Below, in pieces: positions 60,221 through 64,000 of a stretch of DNA of 64,000 nucleotides. Source of the stretch: Syntrophales bacterium. Its GTDB lineage: Bacteria > Desulfobacterota > Syntrophia > Syntrophales > UBA4778. Both the position numbers and the translations under genes were made by a program. Position 1 is the stretch's first letter, and every line of letters starts with the position of its first letter. The stretch lies in NCBI GenBank assembly GCA_963665615.2, contig CAXXQE010000008.1:124001-188000 (forward strand), read 5' to 3'. The notes beneath the pieces were generated by a model. That model was not told the origin of the DNA and did no database searches. It saw only the letters and a program-made list of their open reading frames with translations.

Positions 60221-62848
60221 ATGAGAATTTTCGAGTTGAGCCGTTACAATATTCCGGAAAAGATCTTAGGCGCATGGATTAAAGAAATCGGAGAGGATCT
60301 TTTGCCTGTTCAGGAAAGGGCCATCAGGCTTTACGGTGTCCTTGAGGGGAGGAGTCTACTCATTTCGAGCCCTGATACATTGGGCAAGACCTATCTTGGA
60401 GAAATCGCGGCGGTTAAATACGCACTGGAAAGAAAAAAGGTCGCCTGTCTTCTTTCTGCTAAATCCATTTTAGAAGAGAAGTATTCGGACTTCAGAGACA
60501 AGTATGAATCGTACGGGATCAGATCGGTCATATCTTCAGGGAAAATCCGAAAACACGATAAGTCCATTGACGCCGGGAATTTCGATATCGCCGCTGTGGA
60601 ATATGAGCGGATGTCGCAATTGCTCGCCGCAAATCCTCTCCTTCTGAGAGGCATCGACCTGGTCATCATTGATGATATCCAGAGCATTGGAAATCCCGAT
60701 TTTGGTCCGGGTCTAGAGACAACCCTGACCAGAATCATTACATCGCCCAATCGTCCTCAAATCATCGGTTTCCTGCCGGTCCTGTGCAGAGCCGAACGGT
60801 TCTCCGAGTGGCTTGAAGTTGATTTCATGTGCCATAACAGACGGGCTGTCGATGCCAGGGAGCACGGAACGCTCAACGCCTTTCATTACAATGCCTGTTT
60901 CCCCATGGAGAATAAGGCGCAAGACCCAATCAATCACGTCTCTGATGAGACCTCCGAAGTTCTTATTTCGAACGTGTCCCTTCTTGTGGAACGGGGAAAG
61001 CAGATTGTTTTCTTTCTTGCGGGAAAACGCAATACAATGGCCTTCGCCCGCATTCTTATCGACAGAGTGGATCTGCCCAGTGCGTCCGATGCTCTCAATG
61101 AACTTGCTTTTTTGGAGGAGACCCCCCTGAATCGTTGTCTTAAGTATTGCCTCCAGAGATCCATTGCATTTTATCATTCGGACATGCCCAGAGAGGAACG
61201 AACCATTGTTGAGAAGTACGCCGACAAAGGCGAAATCCGGGTTATCTTCTGCACACCATCGCCGCCGTTGGGCGTTAATCTTCCAGTAGCGACATTTCTC
61301 GTGCATACACGCAAAAGGGAAAGTGACAGTCACAATCACTTGATTATCAGATCGATCATGTGGGCGGAATACGAAAACGTTTGTGGAACGGCGAAAAGAT
61401 CAGAATGCGGTCGAGAGTTGGAAACGACGCTCATGGCCGGAGAAGATTACGATCATGACAAATGGGTAAAAACAGGATCAAGCAAGCCAACCTCAAGTTT
61501 GATGGGGAAAGGACTGGAAGACCAACTGGCAAGCATCATTGGAAACGGAAGCGACCGTACAGCACTGGAGAAGTTTCTTGCCCGAACCTTCATGGGAATG
61601 AGCGAGGGCCGGGGAGCAATCAGGAAGTCCCTCGATGAAGCGCTCCGAATTGTTCTCGAAGCAGGCGTGGTCGAGTCATCCGGTCATAACGAGTATAAAG
61701 CAACGGCCTTGGGTGGTGTGTGCGCAATAAAGGGAATCTCATGTCAGACGGCTAATGAATTGGCGATATTCCTGAGGAATGCAAGAACCGAAAAGTTGAC
61801 GGACAGCGAAATCCTGAAAGCCGTTGCCTCAACCTACGATGGCAGGAAGGTCGCTGTAGAGACTGCCTGGAGCGAACAGAAAAAGATGCAATGTGAGCGG
61901 TTGCTGGCCGAGATATTTCCGTACACAATCTTTGAAGATCGTGAAAATTATACGGCCCTATCTCTGGATGGCTCTCTTCATGACCTCCGGGAGGCTCTCA
62001 GAACCAGCGACATCCAGCCTTTTGAGCGCTGGATTAAGGGATTGGATGCGCCTGCGCTGGAAAAGGATCACAAATCGTATGGCGGCGCCATCGCAACCAT
62101 TGCGCAAGGAATGAGTCGGATCGCCGATGCGGCCTGGCTCATATCCCAAGACATGAGATTGCCAGAGAACTTTCAGCATAGACTGTCCGTTCTTTCCGAG
62201 AGACTGCTCTATGGTGTGGAAGAGAAGGGACTCGAACTCGCAATGCTCCGGGTTCGAGGTCTTGGCAGGATGGGGATACAAAAACTGGTCAGAGAAGGAC
62301 TCTGTACCATAGAAGCCATTCGAGAGACATCGCTAAGGAGGCTTGCAGCAATAATCTCTGAAGGGATCGCAATTAGGCTCAAAGAGGCAGTGGAAGCCGC
62401 CGCCGAAGCCTCGTCGGAATCGAAAGCAAGGGTCAGAATGGCTTCAAATGATGACACATTCATCTGCCGCGACCGGATCGAGGTAACTGGGAAGCCGATG
62501 GAGAAGCGAAACTTGGTCATAATCAATGGAACCTCAATCGGTATTACCAATCGATCTATGGAACTGCTGCTTCAATTCGTGATTGCTCTGAAGCGGGATG
62601 GCCAGGGCTGGATTCACAAGGAGGACATGACGCCCAGAATAGAAGCGGCCCAACTCATTTCAAGACTGCGCACAGAACTTCGGAGTTTTACGCTAGGGAA
62701 GAATAGTAAAATTATCGAGAACGACGGCTCCGGTTGCTACCGTCTTTCTATACCACCACAGAATGTGACCCTTGAGATAGAAAGTCTTCGCGACCATTGG
62801 AACGCAGTCATAAGAGAACTGGCAAAGATGGCACAAAAGCTGCCCTGA
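60221..62848 (+). CDS. Ski2/Hel308-like SF2 helicase homolog with degenerate catalytic motifs and a C-terminal winged helix
   Basis: LLPVQ Q-motif; PDTLGKT, DDIQ, GFLPVL, TPSPPLGVNLP and CGTAKR in place of canonical motifs; YGV..L..L..GLGR HhH region; ISRLR..IIENDGSGCYRL wHTH. Confidence 0.8.
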   Translation: MRIFELSRYNIPEKILGAWIKEIGEDLLPVQERAIRLYGVLEGRSLLISSPDTLGKTYLGEIAAVKYALERKKVACLLSAKSILEEKYSDFRDKYESYGIRSVISSGKIRKHDKSIDAGNFDIAAVEYERMSQLLAANPLLLRGIDLVIIDDIQSIGNPDFGPGLETTLTRIITSPNRPQIIGFLPVLCRAERFSEWLEVDFMCHNRRAVDAREHGTLNAFHYNACFPMENKAQDPINHVSDETSEVLISNVSLLVERGKQIVFFLAGKRNTMAFARILIDRVDLPSASDALNELAFLEETPLNRCLKYCLQRSIAFYHSDMPREERTIVEKYADKGEIRVIFCTPSPPLGVNLPVATFLVHTRKRESDSHNHLIIRSIMWAEYENVCGTAKRSECGRELETTLMAGEDYDHDKWVKTGSSKPTSSLMGKGLEDQLASIIGNGSDRTALEKFLARTFMGMSEGRGAIRKSLDEALRIVLEAGVVESSGHNEYKATALGGVCAIKGISCQTANELAIFLRNARTEKLTDSEILKAVASTYDGRKVAVETAWSEQKKMQCERLLAEIFPYTIFEDRENYTALSLDGSLHDLREALRTSDIQPFERWIKGLDAPALEKDHKSYGGAIATIAQGMSRIADAAWLISQDMRLPENFQHRLSVLSERLLYGVEEKGLELAMLRVRGLGRMGIQKLVREGLCTIEAIRETSLRRLAAIISEGIAIRLKEAVEAAAEASSESKARVRMASNDDTFICRDRIEVTGKPMEKRNLVIINGTSIGITNRSMELLLQFVIALKRDGQGWIHKEDMTPRIEAAQLISRLRTELRSFTLGKNSKIIENDGSGCYRLSIPPQNVTLEIESLRDHWNAVIRELAKMAQKLP

Positions 62849-63021
62849 TGCAGGAGACCAACGAGCCATTGAATTGTGCTGAACAAACTTCATGAAAGCA
62901 TAATTCACGCAACAAAAGCATTTGACAATAGACCGTCTACTAACCTAAATAAGTCATCTGTTTTGAAAAAACGCCATGAAATTGTATTTCCTTAGCCTAA
63001 ATTATAAAAGCCAGAAACAAA

Positions 63022-64000
63022 ATGACCGATAAGAGACGCATATTCATCAGCTCAGTCCAAAAAGAACTCGAATTAGAGCGGGCCGCCGTTGCCGGCCTGA
63101 TAGCCACCGATCCTTTCCTGATGCAGCACTGCGTTCCGGTTTTGTTTGAAAAAGAACCACCGGCTCCTCACCCTGCTCAAAGACCTTATCTGGATTCACT
63201 GCGAGGTTGCTGCGTTTATATCCTGCTGATCGGCAACGAATACGGCAACCCCGATAAGGGCGTCTCGGCCATGCATCGTGAGTATCGTCTGGCCCAGGAA
63301 CTGAGCCTCCCTACGATTGTTCTTCTGAAGGGAATGTCGGATAACGGGAGATCCTCGAAGACATTGGATCTCGTCAATGATATCAAGAAGGCCGGTCACA
63401 CTTATAAGAGGTTTCATGATCGGGAAGACCTCAAGCCCGAAGTCATGCGGGCGCTGATACGTATTCTGGCTGAGGAATTCGGCATCTGTGCAAGTCCAGC
63501 CGAAGTGGGCGAGAGCGAGCATCTGATAGAAGCCGCATCAACATTTGAGACGACCGCATTGCCGGATATCCCGGTAAGCGCGCTTGACCAGAAACTCATT
63601 GAAGCATACGCGACCCGTATCGCCGATGATACAGACGAACCGTGGACTGCCGCCGATGCGCTCCGTTCCCGTGGTCTCGCGATTCGAGGCGATAAGGCGG
63701 GTGTCATGCTGGCCAACGCCGCGGCGTTTGTTCTTTTCGGGGCTCACCCGGCCAATCGTTTTCCACAATGCGAAATCCTCGTCGATGCTTATGACGAAAC
63801 GCGGATAACCGGACGGCCAAAGGGACAGATCAATATAAACACACCCCTTCCCCGCGCTCTTGAAGAGATACTCACGTTTATCGACGACCATACGTTCCAT
63901 CCGCGTCGCGTCGTCGGTCTCAACAACATTCGACTTGATGAATATCCCAAACAGGCCATTCGAGAAGCGCTTCTCAATGCCGTTGCCCATCGCGATTATC
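63022..64000 (+). CDS. DUF4062 plus RecG-C/HATPase_c_4-type ATP-binding protein, truncated at window edge
   Basis: Not in the ORF track; hand translation MTDKRRIFISSVQKELELERAA...YILLIGNEYG...HREY at the 5' end and EYPKQAIREALLNAVAHRDY at the edge. Confidence 0.85.
   Translation, partial: MTDKRRIFISSVQKELELERAAVAGLIATDPFLMQHCVPVLFEKEPPAPHPAQRPYLDSLRGCCVYILLIGNEYGNPDKGVSAMHREYRLAQELSLPTIVLLKGMSDNGRSSKTLDLVNDIKKAGHTYKRFHDREDLKPEVMRALIRILAEEFGICASPAEVGESEHLIEAASTFETTALPDIPVSALDQKLIEAYATRIADDTDEPWTAADALRSRGLAIRGDKAGVMLANAAAFVLFGAHPANRFPQCEILVDAYDETRITGRPKGQININTPLPRALEEILTFIDDHTFHPRRVVGLNNIRLDEYPKQAIREALLNAVAHRDY

Noticed and set aside
1..64000. CRISPR array, tRNA/rRNA genes, IS transposase, integrase or att sites
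   Set aside because: No regularly spaced repeats, RNA gene signatures or recombinase motifs were seen, so ICE versus plasmid cannot be decided from this window

Overview
This window looks like part of a large conjugative element (ICE or plasmid), probably from an anaerobic deltaproteobacterium (inferred from gene families). No integrase, att site, rRNA, tRNA or CRISPR array was seen. From left to right: (1) 1-3.3 kb, a WYL/CapW-like regulator divergent from a putative anti-phage operon: small REase-like ORF, then an MBL hydrolase ending in ...PKGHG, then a prokaryotic E2 gene that runs off the left edge and is absent from the ORF track. (2) 3.3-8.5 kb, HU, a RadC/JAB protein and small accessory enzymes. 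(3) 8.6-15.2 kb, a MOBF mobilisation module (coupling protein, RHH protein, oriT with an R388-like nic site, relaxase-helicase, lytic transglycosylase). (4) 15.4-23 kb, a defence insert (DUF6173 gene pair, Gabija-type OLD nuclease plus UvrD, AbiE with a frameshifted toxin). (5) 23-42.3 kb, an F-type T4SS operon that shares an identical 39-bp upstream box with the mobilisation operon. (6) 42.7-59.7 kb, a tightly coupled cluster behind two NikR-like boxes: TonB/ExbBD, a TonB-dependent receptor, a metal-chelate ABC importer, an ABC-2 exporter, a CobN-family chelatase with ChlI- and ChlD-like ATPases, and two SAM methyltransferases. This is the best candidate for an undescribed system (nickel-regulated metallo-tetrapyrrole/metallophore import, de-metallation and export). 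(7) 60-64 kb, a Ski2/Hel308-like helicase with eroded catalytic motifs and a C-terminal wHTH, then a DUF4062/HATPase gene running off the right edge. All family calls come from reading motifs by eye; no searches were run.
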